Shown: positions 17,640 to 27,743, counted from the stretch's first letter. The stretch is 64,000 nt of DNA from a virus (IMGVR_UViG_3300029288_000174:1263-65262); one strand, 5' to 3'. Numbers and translations are program-made. Notes: generated from the letters alone by a model not told the origin.

Positions 17640-19000
17640 TACCGACACCCCGCATGGTTGCCGTACCACTGAGCTAGGTTTGACCAATGGGTCGCCAGAA
17701 ACTTGGTGCCTGTCGGAATGCACTGGGGCGACGTGGAGGCCGGAATCAGGTAATTGAGAATCGCGTGCTTTCTGCTTTCCTCCATTACCGGAAATACCAA
17801 CTCTTCATTTTCTTCGTCCCAGCCTATTGTGTCGGTGTAAACCGTAGAAATCGGCGGCACGGCCCCGATGACGTACTGACACTCCGGCCCGCAATACTCG
17901 ATAAGGTCGCCGCACATCGGGCCGCCAAGCACGCCGGGAAACCGCAACTGCTGCGACATCCGGCTGGTGAGCCGGCAGAACTTTCGTTGCCCGGTACTTG
18001 GCGCCAGCCCTAGCGGGTCTTCGATACCGGCTTCACCACCCGCCATGCCGCTGACCAGCACGCGGTCTTCGCAACTGGAAACGATTGGCTTGTTGCCCCA
18101 CGGCCCGTAGACTAGATTGATAAGGTGGACCGTGTTGACGGCACCCAGCTCGGCATAGATGAACAGATTCAGGTCCAAGTCCACGGCATAAATGAAACTG
18201 TTCACAATCGTCGCCAGCGGCGTTGGGTCGGCAATGTCCGGCAACGCCACCTTGATATTCCCGTTCGCCAAAAGCTGGCCGTTAGCAACGCCCAACTCGT
18301 TATCATCAAACTCGAATATCGTCGAGGGGATGTGCCCGCCATCGTCCAGGATGATTTGCATTCCGTCCAGCGGCAATTCGTAGAAGGTAATGTCGCCGGT
18401 CGGCGGGGTGCCAGCGAATCGTGTTTCCTCTTCGGCAATAACGATGTCGCCACGCCAACACGGAGACATCGTTGACACGTCTACGATTATGACAGTAGTG
18501 CCTACTGTGACCTCTCCGTCGAACGAGTCCACCCAGCGGCCATCAACCATCGCCACCGGATTCGCTCGACCCATCGGCAGGTACATGGGATTCCCGGCCT
18601 GCGCCTCCATATCGTCCAAGACCTTGAAAAACGACACGCTCGCGCTTCCGGTTGCCACCAGCCAGCGGCCAAACTTGTCGCGGTTGATTTGGAACCACGT
18701 ATCCGGCTGGATGGCATTGGCGGAAATGTTGTACACGTCCCGGTCGGTTCCCGCCTGAATCAGCGTTGCCGCCCCGGTTTCGTCCGGCACGATCTTGTAC
18801 ACGTCGGCCTTGGCCCGGCTCGGCACGCCACCAGCAGCACCGTCCAGCGTTTGGCCGTCTTGCAGCTTGGCGACATAGATGTCCGGCGTAACGGTTTCCT
18901 GCTGAGGTGTCTCGGGCTGTTGGGGATTGAACTCGCCCGCCCGGTACGACTTCACCAGCCGTTGCAATTCGTGTTGATCTTTCTCACTGAGGTAGAACAT
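17639..19000 (-). CDS. Tail-tip region protein, paralog A, with one inserted fibre-type module
   Basis: Paralogous to 16770-17639; internal TGDITF...LDDGG....IFEFD...GNIKV...LINLVYGPWGNKPI...SGMAGG. Confidence 0.7.
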   Translation of the reverse strand: MFYLSEKDQHELQRLVKSYRAGEFNPQQPETPQQETVTPDIYVAKLQDGQTLDGAAGGVPSRAKADVYKIVPDETGAATLIQAGTDRDVYNISANAIQPDTWFQINRDKFGRWLVATGSASVSFFKVLDDMEAQAGNPMYLPMGRANPVAMVDGRWVDSFDGEVTVGTTVIIVDVSTMSPCWRGDIVIAEEETRFAGTPPTGDITFYELPLDGMQIILDDGGHIPSTIFEFDDNELGVANGQLLANGNIKVALPDIADPTPLATIVNSFIYAVDLDLNLFIYAELGAVNTVHLINLVYGPWGNKPIVSSCEDRVLVSGMAGGEAGIEDPLGLAPSTGQRKFCRLTSRMSQQLRFPGVLGGPMCGDLIEYCGPECQYVIGAVPPISTVYTDTIGWDEENEELVFPVMEESRKHAILNYLIPASTSPQCIPTGTKFLATHWSNLAQWYGNHAGCR

Positions 19001-19002
19001 AG

Positions 19003-19458
19003 CTAGCGCGGCATGAGGCAGAGCGAAGCACGGATATTGCCGTGGAGACTGCGAATTGACAGGCGGCTTGCATTGCGTGGCACGGCCCGCATGGATTCGC
19101 CCGGCATGATAAGCCAACTGGCGTCGGAATCGTTTGCATCGAAGGCCACCTGGATAATCCGCTGGGCCAGCTCACTCGCCTCCGCTGGCGTTGGGATTTT
19201 GCCCGGCGTGTCGCCTTCTTTGTTGCGAATCAGCAGCAGGCCGGGGTTGTTGACCCAGCCGCAATCCAAGGCCATCCATTTTTCCGTGATAAGCAGTTCG
19301 CGGATGTAGGGCTGTTCGTCGCTGTTGAGTTTGCGACTGCAACGGGTGACAAACTCAACCGGCTCCCCTCCCTGCCGCTGATGGTAGACGTGTTCGACGA
19401 TGGTAACGCGATTTCGAGACGCGGGGCTTTCCGCCGTGATAGTCTTTGCGCCCAGCAT
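19003..19458 (-). CDS. Hypothetical tail-region protein
   Basis: 151-aa ORF within the late operon. Confidence 0.55.
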   Translation of the reverse strand: MLGAKTITAESPASRNRVTIVEHVYHQRQGGEPVEFVTRCSRKLNSDEQPYIRELLITEKWMALDCGWVNNPGLLLIRNKEGDTPGKIPTPAEASELAQRIIQVAFDANDSDASWLIMPGESMRAVPRNASRLSIRSLHGNIRASLCLMPR

Positions 19459-19496
19459 GATTTCGCTCCTCTGGTGCTACGTGCTGATGAAAACAA

Positions 19497-20537
19497 TCAA
19501 AGGGTGATCGGCACTCCCAACAATAGGAAGTTGCTTTCGTGGAATAATTCTTCGACCCAGATAACCGGCTCTTCATCCTCGAACAGCGGCCGACCGTTGA
19601 TGTCCAGATAAGTGCGGGCCAAGTTGCCGTCGCGGTCCACGTACCGCTTGAAGTGCAAGGGATTGGCCGGATTCGGATCGGGGCCGACGGTCGGATAAAA
19701 CAATTCGTCGTACCATATCCACGGAGCGTTAGAACTGGCTTGCTCCCAATGCCCCGCCAGAACCATTTCCCCCTGGTTGACATACTGCCGGTCGAAGCCG
19801 ATGTAGTTGCCGTCCTTGTCCCGCGTCTCGTTGTCAATCTCAAACTCGAATGTGCGGGTGTAGTAGTACGTGCATTTGCCGTACATCTTGCGTTCCCACG
19901 GAGCATTCACCAGCTTGATGAACCGCTTGGGAAGGCCCCAAAGCGTATCGTCGTTGACCGTGTTAATCATGGTCGAGAACGTGGACAGGCCGAGGGTCAA
20001 CACGTTCTGCTGGATAGACACGGTTGGCAGGCCGACATCGACTTCCGTGCCTTCGGGTACTTCCCAACTGCTGGTGCGAATCATTTCGCCTTGCCGGTTG
20101 TGCGTCAGCTTCTTCGAGCGGGTAGTAAACCCGCCGCTGATCTTCGGCGGCTCCAAGCACGGGTCGCCAATCTCTAGGTCTTGGCATCGCTGGTTGAACT
20201 TCGCCGCGTTGGTGCTGTACTTGCACTCGACGGTGTAGAACCGCGACGCTTCGCCTTCCTTCGCTTCGTGCGGGCGGATTTTCAACTCGGGCAAGCAAAA
20301 CGCCCATTCGTCGATTTCACCGGAGCCGTCGGACGTACCGGAAACAGCCCCCGAAAAACCAGCGTTGCCGAAGTCCCACTCGGATCCGACTTCCGGCAGC
20401 CCCGGCGTGTGCATGATGTTATACGGGCCGTCCATCGGCTCCGCTTCCACCAGGAACGAGAGCGTATATTCCCGGTGGCCCTCGGCCGTTCTGCCGCCGC
20501 CGAATGATCGTGGCCCGCCACGTAGTTTGCATGTCAT
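19497..20537 (-). CDS. Putative distal tail/hub protein
   Basis: Immediately follows the tape measure; beta-rich. Confidence 0.55.
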   Translation of the reverse strand: MTCKLRGGPRSFGGGRTAEGHREYTLSFLVEAEPMDGPYNIMHTPGLPEVGSEWDFGNAGFSGAVSGTSDGSGEIDEWAFCLPELKIRPHEAKEGEASRFYTVECKYSTNAAKFNQRCQDLEIGDPCLEPPKISGGFTTRSKKLTHNRQGEMIRTSSWEVPEGTEVDVGLPTVSIQQNVLTLGLSTFSTMINTVNDDTLWGLPKRFIKLVNAPWERKMYGKCTYYYTRTFEFEIDNETRDKDGNYIGFDRQYVNQGEMVLAGHWEQASSNAPWIWYDELFYPTVGPDPNPANPLHFKRYVDRDGNLARTYLDINGRPLFEDEEPVIWVEELFHESNFLLLGVPITL

Positions 20538-20538
20538 G

Positions 20539-22416
20539 TTACGACAACTCCGATGGCTCGATAGTGACGGCCGATCCTGTCCAATAATCCTGAGCGATGC
20601 CAAGCAGCTTGGTGAGCGCCACCGTCTGCTGCTTCACTTCGTTCTTCATTTCGTCCTTTTCGCTCGAATCTTCCTGCAGATACTTTGCGCCTTGGATGGG
20701 ATCGTACTCAAGCTCTGGGTGTGCATTGCGTTCCTGGTTGGCGTGCGTCATTTGCCAATACTGGTCAGCAGACGATGTATGCCCGGAAATCTCAAACGCC
20801 GGTTCCGCCGTAGTCGGCATGGACCGTGGAAGGTTTGCATTCGCTACACTTCTCTGGTGCTGCCAGAAGGAAGTGAGAATTGAACCTACATCATCGCCGC
20901 GAACGCGGATATTGTTTACGGCGTTTTTGGCCTCTTTCGTTTCTTCCAGTGATTCATTCAGCGCCTGCACGGCCCGGTCGTATGTTTCCGAACTTATGGC
21001 ATCGAACACCAATAGCGTGCCCAACCGCTCCATTTCGTCGTTGTATTTTTCCAACTCCGTGCGGGTGTCGGCGTAAACGCTCGCCCCCTGGCTCTCTAGG
21101 TCGCTCATCAACGATTCGGATTCCCTCTGCGATTCGGCAAGTGCCTCCTGTTCCGCCCTGGCCGCCGCCGTTGCCGCTGCAATGTCCCCTAATGCTCCGG
21201 CATCTTTGTGTGGCAGCGGTCTGGTTCGTTTTATGCGGGCCTCTTCGTCTGCCGCCCAATTGTCCAACTCTGCCTGTGCCTTCGCTCGTTGGCGGGCCGC
21301 CTCTTCTCCCGTCAGACCAATGAGACTCAATTCATTTTCGCGTGCCTTCAATTCTCTCTGATTGGCAAGCTCCGTCAGACCAACTAATTCAAGGCGGCGG
21401 GCTTCTGCTTCTGCTGCCTGCTCGGAAAAATCCGCCTGTCGCCTCAGTTGATCGGCAATAGACGCCTGCTGAGCGGTTGTAACCGCCAAGTCCCCCGCGT
21501 CTTTTCTGGCCTGTTCCGCCTTGGCGAGATTTTTCTCTGCATCCTCTAGCTCTTTATATAGCCCGGTTGACCTGGTACCTGTAGGATCTTTGGAACCAAG
21601 TTGTTCGCGGCGAAAATCGGTGTCCCACGGATTTCCTCTTGCGATATTCGCCTTGATTGCTTCGACTTTTTGCTGTTGCGCATAGGCCGCATCAGCCGCC
21701 TTGTCGAATTCCGCTTGGGCGGCTTTCGCGTATGCGTCGGCATCACTCGCCTCAACTGTGCGGTTTGGCTTTCCGCCTTTTCCCAGACTGGTAACATGGC
21801 CGGCAGCGCCTGCCAGTCGCGTCTGCCTTTCGATTTCCTCGTTGACTTTTGCTAGTTCGTCCTTGAGTTGCTCTTGTGCCGCCTTGATCGTGTTTGTGTG
21901 ATCTTCCCATAGGGCAAAACCAGCGGCGATAGCCGGTAAGGCAACAAACGCCAGCGGCGTGTAGGCGCTGGAAACGACACTTATTAGCGAGCGCTCAAGT
22001 CCGTGATAGGCGTGTTCTGCCGCTGACACGTACCGAACCGCTTCCCCCATAGACACAAGCGACTCGCCCATTCCCGCGTTGACCTGCCCAACTGCAACCC
22101 CCAGCATTTGTAGGCCGTGCCCGACAGCACGGTGGGCACGCGAAAGATTTTGTCCGCTCGCCGCCAATGCGTTTTCGTGAGCGTTTAGGTCTTCCAATGC
22201 GGGCGCAGCCGTGTCACTGCTAATTGCGGCCGCATCGGCCATCGATTCTTTCACGGAATCGAGGGGGTGGTTGTTGTTCAATCGACTTAACTCAGATTCG
22301 ATGGCGTTTACCGACTGTTGCGCTTGGGTTTTCGCGTCGTTCATCATGGCCAGATACGACTCACCTTCGCCGATAAGCCGCACCACCAGCCGTTCCAGTT
22401 CCACTTCATTGGCCAT
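20539..22416 (-). CDS. Tape measure protein (625 aa)
   Basis: ELERLVVRLIGEGESY N-terminus, Ala/Glu/Gln-rich helical body with a hydrophobic patch; follows the frameshifted chaperone. Confidence 0.85.
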   Translation of the reverse strand: MANEVELERLVVRLIGEGESYLAMMNDAKTQAQQSVNAIESELSRLNNNHPLDSVKESMADAAAISSDTAAPALEDLNAHENALAASGQNLSRAHRAVGHGLQMLGVAVGQVNAGMGESLVSMGEAVRYVSAAEHAYHGLERSLISVVSSAYTPLAFVALPAIAAGFALWEDHTNTIKAAQEQLKDELAKVNEEIERQTRLAGAAGHVTSLGKGGKPNRTVEASDADAYAKAAQAEFDKAADAAYAQQQKVEAIKANIARGNPWDTDFRREQLGSKDPTGTRSTGLYKELEDAEKNLAKAEQARKDAGDLAVTTAQQASIADQLRRQADFSEQAAEAEARRLELVGLTELANQRELKARENELSLIGLTGEEAARQRAKAQAELDNWAADEEARIKRTRPLPHKDAGALGDIAAATAAARAEQEALAESQRESESLMSDLESQGASVYADTRTELEKYNDEMERLGTLLVFDAISSETYDRAVQALNESLEETKEAKNAVNNIRVRGDDVGSILTSFWQHQRSVANANLPRSMPTTAEPAFEISGHTSSADQYWQMTHANQERNAHPELEYDPIQGAKYLQEDSSEKDEMKNEVKQQTVALTKLLGIAQDYWTGSAVTIEPSELS

Positions 22417-22750
22417 CGTTGGACCTCTTGATTTTCAGAAAGCCAAACCACTTCGACTTAGCGCGTGCCGCTACCTGTGCGGCGTCCCGTTTGGCCTTCG
22501 GTTGCGGCGACTCAAACTTCAGTCGCATGTCTTTTACTTCCAACTTGCTGGGGTTTTTCAGATTTCCTCGACGCACTTCGGCGGCAATTTGCATCAGGTA
22601 GTTGTCGGTTCTGTCCGGCTGGTTCCACTGCTTATCCAGCCACGCCATCCAAGCTCGATACTGACGGTAGGTGTGTTTCCTCTGGCACTCGTCCAGCGGC
22701 ATCCGCAAATGTGACGCCAAGCGAAACCAGCCGTCGTATCGAGCTAGGAG
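22406..22750 (-). CDS. Tail assembly chaperone, -1 frameshift extension (GT)
   Basis: The -1 frame after A AAA AAC reads LLARYDGWFRLASHLRMPLDE... and is open to 22406. Confidence 0.8.
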   Translation of the reverse strand, partial: LLARYDGWFRLASHLRMPLDECQRKHTYRQYRAWMAWLDKQWNQPDRTDNYLMQIAAEVRRGNLKNPSKLEVKDMRLKFESPQPKAKRDAAQVAARAKSKWFGFLKIKRSNDGQ

Positions 22751-23169
22751 TTTTTTTCGGTTTCCTCCGCCTTGTCCAGTTCCGCCAGTTGCCTATCGAT
22801 GTTGGTACGCATGGCCAGCAGTTCGTCCCGCGAATTGCCGCCATCAAGTCCGCTGATGGACTTAGCCTTGGCGTACAGCGGCTTCAGCACGCGGTACGAC
22901 ATCTTGCGGACATCCTCTTCCGCGACAGGCTCGCCGGTCTGTGTGAACAGGCACCCGGCCACCAGCAACGGCTCCAGGTCCGCAATGCCGTCCATGCTGA
23001 GCGGCTTTCCGTCCGGCCCCAACTTCGTGCATCGCATCAACGCATTGCGATAGGCACACGCCGTCGCTCCGTCGGCCTCTCGCAAGACATACTTTTTGTC
23101 GCCGATGGAAACGGGCAACTCGACGATGGTCAAGTCGCTGAAGTCCAATTCGTTTTCTTTTGCTGGCAC
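22744..23169 (-). CDS. Tail assembly chaperone (G)
   Basis: Between tail tube and tape measure; ends GAA AAA AAC TCC TAG. Confidence 0.8.
   Translation of the reverse strand: MPAKENELDFSDLTIVELPVSIGDKKYVLREADGATACAYRNALMRCTKLGPDGKPLSMDGIADLEPLLVAGCLFTQTGEPVAEEDVRKMSYRVLKPLYAKAKSISGLDGGNSRDELLAMRTNIDRQLAELDKAEETEKNS
22750..22756 (-). promoter_or_regulatory. -1 programmed frameshift slippery site A AAA AAC
   Basis: X XXY YYZ heptamer in correct phase just before the stop codon. Confidence 0.8.
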
Positions 23170-23270
23170 GATTCGCTCCGAGTGTTGAGGTGGTTAAAGA
23201 TAGCCGACCGAGCTGGGGGCGTCCCGCTGGTTAGCAAGGCGGCCCCCAACATCGGCCAACAATGTGAACG

Positions 23271-23762
23271 TCACGCAACGGCGGTTCCCGTGCCCACCGG
23301 AGCGTGGTACACCGGCGGCTCTTCGTCGCCTGTTATCGGGTCGGCGTTGGTCACAGTGATCGTGACCTTGGCCTCTGGCATCTTGCCCTCTTCCGTCGAA
23401 TCCGGCTCAAACTTTTGCAGGAAGCCATAGAACACGATGTACGAATCGTCCGGGAATCGCAGCGTGATCGACGTTTCGACGTTGACCAATGCCAAGATGC
23501 TGTCGTACACGGCCGGGTCGTAGCCGCAAGACATCTGCGAATCGGTCATTTCCAGCAGTCGGCGAGCCGCCTTCGATCGCCACGTGGCGTTAATCATCGT
23601 GGTGGTGTCGATCGGAGAGCCGCCGTCGATCCCCGGCGGCTGGACGGTCTTTTCCCACAGTTCGATGGACGGATCGGCGGCGAACGCCACCAGCGTCTGG
23701 TATCCATCCTCCAGCATGGTGCCGGACGGAAACTGTCTGGCAGTTGCGGTTGGTGCTGACAT
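23271..23762 (-). CDS. Major tail (tube) protein
   Basis: Position and size; EKTVQPPGIDGGSPIDTTTM...W...FYGFLQKF; no sheath gene nearby. Confidence 0.75.
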   Translation of the reverse strand: MSAPTATARQFPSGTMLEDGYQTLVAFAADPSIELWEKTVQPPGIDGGSPIDTTTMINATWRSKAARRLLEMTDSQMSCGYDPAVYDSILALVNVETSITLRFPDDSYIVFYGFLQKFEPDSTEEGKMPEAKVTITVTNADPITGDEEPPVYHAPVGTGTAVA

Positions 23763-23783
23763 GATTCGATATCTCCTACTTGG

Positions 23784-24230
23784 TTACTGTGTTTGCCGCA
23801 GTGACACCACGGCGTTGATGGTGAACAATCGTCGGCCCGTGTTCGGCTCCTCTCCGATGTCGAACACGTCGCCGATGTGAGCGAAGCAATGCACGCTGTA
23901 CTGGCTGCTTTCAATGGTCACTGTCGCACGCCGGATGTCCTTGGCCAGCGTCGCGCGGATAGCATCGGCCTTGCGGTATCCGGTCTTGGGGTCGCTGTCC
24001 CGCACGGAAATCTGGATACCGTAATGGCCCAGCATTTCGCCGCTCTGCATGTCGCGGCCGTCGCCGGTCCCCGCAGTGTTGTAAACGACAATCAGCTTGT
24101 CTGGTTGGTCTGGCGACAGCGTTGCGAAAATCGGCCAGTCGCCACCGACCGACGGAAGAACGCCGAGATTCACGGCAATCAACAGATTCCGCGTAACATC
24201 CGCCGGTGAGTGGGTTAGTCCGTTGCTCAT
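23784..24230 (-). CDS. Tail terminator / neck protein
   Basis: PDQPDKLIVVYNTAG...YGIQISVR...RRLFTIN pattern; directly upstream of the tail tube. Confidence 0.7.
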   Translation of the reverse strand: MSNGLTHSPADVTRNLLIAVNLGVLPSVGGDWPIFATLSPDQPDKLIVVYNTAGTGDGRDMQSGEMLGHYGIQISVRDSDPKTGYRKADAIRATLAKDIRRATVTIESSQYSVHCFAHIGDVFDIGEEPNTGRRLFTINAVVSLRQTQ

Positions 24231-24592
24231 TCTTTTCGCGTAAAGGCGCTGCCGCGTAGGTTCCCCGTGTCAACTGGCACGATTGCTTGGCTGGCCCGCT
24301 GAATGCGAAGGCCGGCAAGGTAAAGTGCCTGCTGCATGGTACTGCCGTTTGCCACGGCCTCGGTTACGATGGCGGGCAGTTCATTGGTGGCCAATTCGCG
24401 GGCCGGTTGCTCCAGGTATTTCCACTGCTTTCCCGGTTTGTGTGCGGCGTTTCGTTCGTGGACGTGCAAGGCGTAAGCCGCCGTGTAGCCGACGATCACG
24501 CTCGTGCCCTTGACGGCATTGGGAGAGTCGAAATACCGACTCGCCGCCTGCTGCAAGGCACGCTTCAGTCGTTCTACGCCTTCGACTTTCAT
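24227..24592 (-). CDS. Neck/tail-completion protein (HK97 gp10-like)
   Basis: VGYTAAYALHVHE...QWKYLEQP and VPVDTGNLRGS. Confidence 0.7.
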   Translation of the reverse strand: MKVEGVERLKRALQQAASRYFDSPNAVKGTSVIVGYTAAYALHVHERNAAHKPGKQWKYLEQPARELATNELPAIVTEAVANGSTMQQALYLAGLRIQRASQAIVPVDTGNLRGSAFTRKE

Positions 24593-24600
24593 GCTGTCTG

Positions 24601-27081
24601 TTATCCGAATACGTTGGCCATCGCGTGCGGACTGGTAGCCGTGCTTGGTATGCTGTAGTTTTTCCATGTCCCGGTTGTGCCGCGTCGAACTCGATAGGAA
24701 CAGCCGGTAGGCAGATTTGCAAACGTGACCAGTCCGGCAGCGTCACTTACTTCGCTGCGGGTTGCGGCGTCGTAGCAGGCGCCAGTCCCCGCCACGTTGA
24801 TGATTTGGAGTTGCACGGTCACGCCGCTTTCGACAACACCTTGCGTGCTGTAGCAGTACAGATAGCCGGTAACGAAGCCAGCCTCGCTGTCGGGAAGGGT
24901 GACGGCCGATACCGCGTAGGTATGCGACGTATCGGCAGATACGGCCAGCGTGGTTGGCGTGAAGCTGCAACCCGAAGCAGTGATTGACACGGCCCACGTA
25001 CCATCATCGACGGAGAAGGTAACAACGCCGGATGCGTTGGTGGCCCCCACGTAGGATTCCGCGCCTTTGGTCAGGCGTACCGTGGCGTTTTCGACAGGAT
25101 TCGTGCCATCGGTTACGGTGATCGTGACGGTACGCGCCCCAGTGCCGAGCAATGCGGTTCCAATCGCGTTCGCCAGCGTGGTCCGCTCTCCACTGGTCAG
25201 CGCCATTGCGTCGCCAGCCCTGGCTGGTGCGTAGTTCGGCTGTGTTGCGGCCAGCGTCACGTCGCCTGTCTGGCCACCGTATCCGTCTGGTGCGACGGTC
25301 GGCAGCGTCACGGCCACGGATCGCTGTTGGTAGTCGGTGGGTATTGTCGCCCCGTCCAGTCCAGCCACGTCAGCGGCGATGGTGTCGAGGGTGGTCTTGT
25401 CGGCCACCGTTCCCGGCACTCGACTTAGCAGCGTGGAGATGTTCGTTCCGAGCGATGCGACGGCCGACGCTACTTCATCCTCGGTCAGCACGGCCGTCCC
25501 CGCGATTCCGTTGGCAGCACCGAAGAACGCCGACGCCGCCACCAATGCCGCATCCCCAGTGTCCCAATGTGCTTCGTCCTCCGGCCCAGCGTTCGGCAAC
25601 CGAAGGTCGCCAACAATGTCATCAACCGTTTTGCCGTATCGCAGGTCAGTGGTCACAAGATCGTCCGTTCCTGTCGCCGTCCCAATGTTTGACGCGCGGA
25701 GCGTGCCGGTCTCGCCGTCGCCACGATCAACGCCGTATCTAACGTCGCCAACAGCCGCTAGCGGATAGGCGTTGGCCTCGTTTGTTGTCCACCCGCCAGC
25801 TACAGACGTACTATTGGCCAGCCAGGCAGCAATCAGGTTGGCGCGCGTTTCCGGCGAAACCGTTGTCCCGAGGATATACCCGCTGCCACTTCCTGCCAGG
25901 CTATACTCGTTCTCGTCGAACACTAAATGGCCGGTGCTGTCGGCGGTTTCGGCCGAAATTGCAAGGGCGGTCCCGGTGGTGACAAAACGATTTGACGTTA
26001 CCGAGACGTTTTTGCAGAGCTTGTTGGAGTCGGCATCGTTGGCGTAGACGCGAATCCCCTTTGCCCCCGCTCCGCTCACGTACACGCGGTTTCTGAAATA
26101 GCTGGCCTCCGTCACGCCCTTGACGATCAGGCCGGTGGAGGTCGTGGATTCCGCGTAAATGTCGTTGTCATAGACCTGATAGCCTGTGCCCCACTTGCAA
26201 ACAATCGCCATCCCGCCACTGCCGGCCGCTCCCGTGTGGACCACATTTCTCCTGCACACAACGCCATCGCCATCGAGCATCAATACGTGCATTGACCCAG
26301 TGCTGCTTATCGTGATGTCCTCCACGATGACATTCGTGTTGCGAGCGGATTTTGTATCGCCGCTATTGCCAACGGACACGGACATATCCGTCCCGCTCCA
26401 CGTTCCGCCCGATACCCGCACCACATTTGCCGGTCCCCTGAACCACACACCCTTGCCAACGAATGTACCGTTGCAATCCACCACGCGCACGTTGCTCATG
26501 GTGCCAGTCGATCCAGAGCCAAGCATAACGGCATAGTCAATGCTATTAGGAGTCAGGAACGTGCATCGCGTGAACAACAGCGATGTGACAACCGCCGTTG
26601 ATGCGTGTTGAACCAGTCGCCCGGTGCCATTCGCGTTCGTCAGCGTACAATCGCGCATCTCAAACCCGGTGAGTGCCTGTTCGGCGAAATAGAAGCACGT
26701 AGATATGCTGGTTGGCGCAAACGTGCAATTTTCAAATCTCCAGTTCGATCCGGCAGCCGAATAGTGTCGGATTAGCGAGCCGCCGGTCCCCGCGCCAGTG
26801 ATCGTAAATCCGCTCTGGTAATCGCCCGGGTTGGTGACGGGTTGGATTACCACGGTGCCTGCTGCATTCAGGCGATTGAGATTCAGGTACGCTGCTGGAG
26901 TGAGCGTTTTGCCATTCGTAACTTTGATGTAGCATGATACTCCGCTGCCGTCTGCGACTGCCGTGTTGTCGCATGTGGTCATAGCCTTGCCGAGCGATGC
27001 CCACGGGGTCGCGGGTGACTGCGCCTGCGCTTCGCTGTTGGAATCGCTTCCGGTGTCTGGATCAACGTAATAGGTTTTCAT
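24601..27081 (-). CDS. Right-handed beta-helix (pectin-lyase-like) protein with C-terminal carboxypeptidase-regulatory-like domains
   Basis: YYVDPDTGSDSN...PWASLGKA start, repeated CTF/NVIVEDITI/RNRVY strands, TNPVENATVRL...TNASGVVTF. Confidence 0.7.
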   Translation of the reverse strand: MKTYYVDPDTGSDSNSEAQAQSPATPWASLGKAMTTCDNTAVADGSGVSCYIKVTNGKTLTPAAYLNLNRLNAAGTVVIQPVTNPGDYQSGFTITGAGTGGSLIRHYSAAGSNWRFENCTFAPTSISTCFYFAEQALTGFEMRDCTLTNANGTGRLVQHASTAVVTSLLFTRCTFLTPNSIDYAVMLGSGSTGTMSNVRVVDCNGTFVGKGVWFRGPANVVRVSGGTWSGTDMSVSVGNSGDTKSARNTNVIVEDITISSTGSMHVLMLDGDGVVCRRNVVHTGAAGSGGMAIVCKWGTGYQVYDNDIYAESTTSTGLIVKGVTEASYFRNRVYVSGAGAKGIRVYANDADSNKLCKNVSVTSNRFVTTGTALAISAETADSTGHLVFDENEYSLAGSGSGYILGTTVSPETRANLIAAWLANSTSVAGGWTTNEANAYPLAAVGDVRYGVDRGDGETGTLRASNIGTATGTDDLVTTDLRYGKTVDDIVGDLRLPNAGPEDEAHWDTGDAALVAASAFFGAANGIAGTAVLTEDEVASAVASLGTNISTLLSRVPGTVADKTTLDTIAADVAGLDGATIPTDYQQRSVAVTLPTVAPDGYGGQTGDVTLAATQPNYAPARAGDAMALTSGERTTLANAIGTALLGTGARTVTITVTDGTNPVENATVRLTKGAESYVGATNASGVVTFSVDDGTWAVSITASGCSFTPTTLAVSADTSHTYAVSAVTLPDSEAGFVTGYLYCYSTQGVVESGVTVQLQIINVAGTGACYDAATRSEVSDAAGLVTFANLPTGCSYRVRRGTTGTWKNYSIPSTATSPHAMANVFG

Positions 27082-27374
27082 CCTTTCGCCTCCTCTCGCC
27101 GCTCGGCCTGCCGCATTTCTAGCTCATGCCTAGCGGCCAATTCGTCCCACCGTAGCATCGATTCCTCTCGGGCCGCGTTATTCGTGGCTTCCTCTCGCCG
27201 CTCGGCCCGCCGCGTGGCCGCCGCCTCAAGTTCCGCTATCGCGGAATCAATGAACAATCGGAATCGGCCCTGGTTCACTTCGCTACACTCTTTCGCATAG
27301 GATTTCGATTCGAGCAACTTCGCCCTCGCCTGGTACTCGTATTCGTCCATTCCGCTGCGTGCAAGTGGTGCCAT
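27078..27374 (-). CDS. Hypothetical helical protein
   Basis: 98-aa coupled ORF. Confidence 0.5.
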   Translation of the reverse strand: MAPLARSGMDEYEYQARAKLLESKSYAKECSEVNQGRFRLFIDSAIAELEAAATRRAERREEATNNAAREESMLRWDELAARHELEMRQAERREEAKG

Positions 27375-27389
27375 AACATCGACTCCTAC

Positions 27390-27743
27390 TTATCGCCCAG
27401 GTTCCTTGGCGGCCAAGCGCGTCAATGTCGCGTTCATCTCATCCTGCTTGCGGCTGACCGACTGCATCCACGAATCCATCTTGTCGAGCTGCCGCTCCAG
27501 CGACTTCCGAAATTCGCCTTCACGGGCCTGCTGGACTTCGCACGCTCGCAATGCTTGGTCGGCCGTGGCCTGAGCGTTGCGGGCGTCGTTTATTGCCCAG
27601 CCGATGGCCCCGCCGCCAAAGCAAAATATGAACAGTGCGAGAAATCCGAACTTCTGATTCACGCTACCGATACGGTCACCAATAGCCTTGTGCTTTTCCT
27701 TGCAGGCGTCAGCATCAAACTCGTTTTCTTCATGTGGTGCCAC
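27390..27743 (-). CDS. Single-TM coiled-coil protein (lysis accessory candidate)
   Basis: FGFLALFIFCFGGGAIGW TM segment followed by a coiled coil; start uncertain (GTG 27743 or 27803). Confidence 0.5.
   Translation of the reverse strand: MAPHEENEFDADACKEKHKAIGDRIGSVNQKFGFLALFIFCFGGGAIGWAINDARNAQATADQALRACEVQQAREGEFRKSLERQLDKMDSWMQSVSRKQDEMNATLTRLAAKEPGR

Noticed and set aside
11095-19000. Diversity-generating retroelement acting on the fibre
   Set aside because: No reverse transcriptase and no near-identical TR/VR pair seen; the repeats are old protein-level duplications
22465-23430. 321-aa + strand ORF
   Set aside because: Antisense to the tail tube and chaperone genes; no RBS or motif
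19003-24592. Contractile tail/baseplate module
   Set aside because: No sheath or baseplate J/W-like gene was recognised between the neck and tape-measure genes
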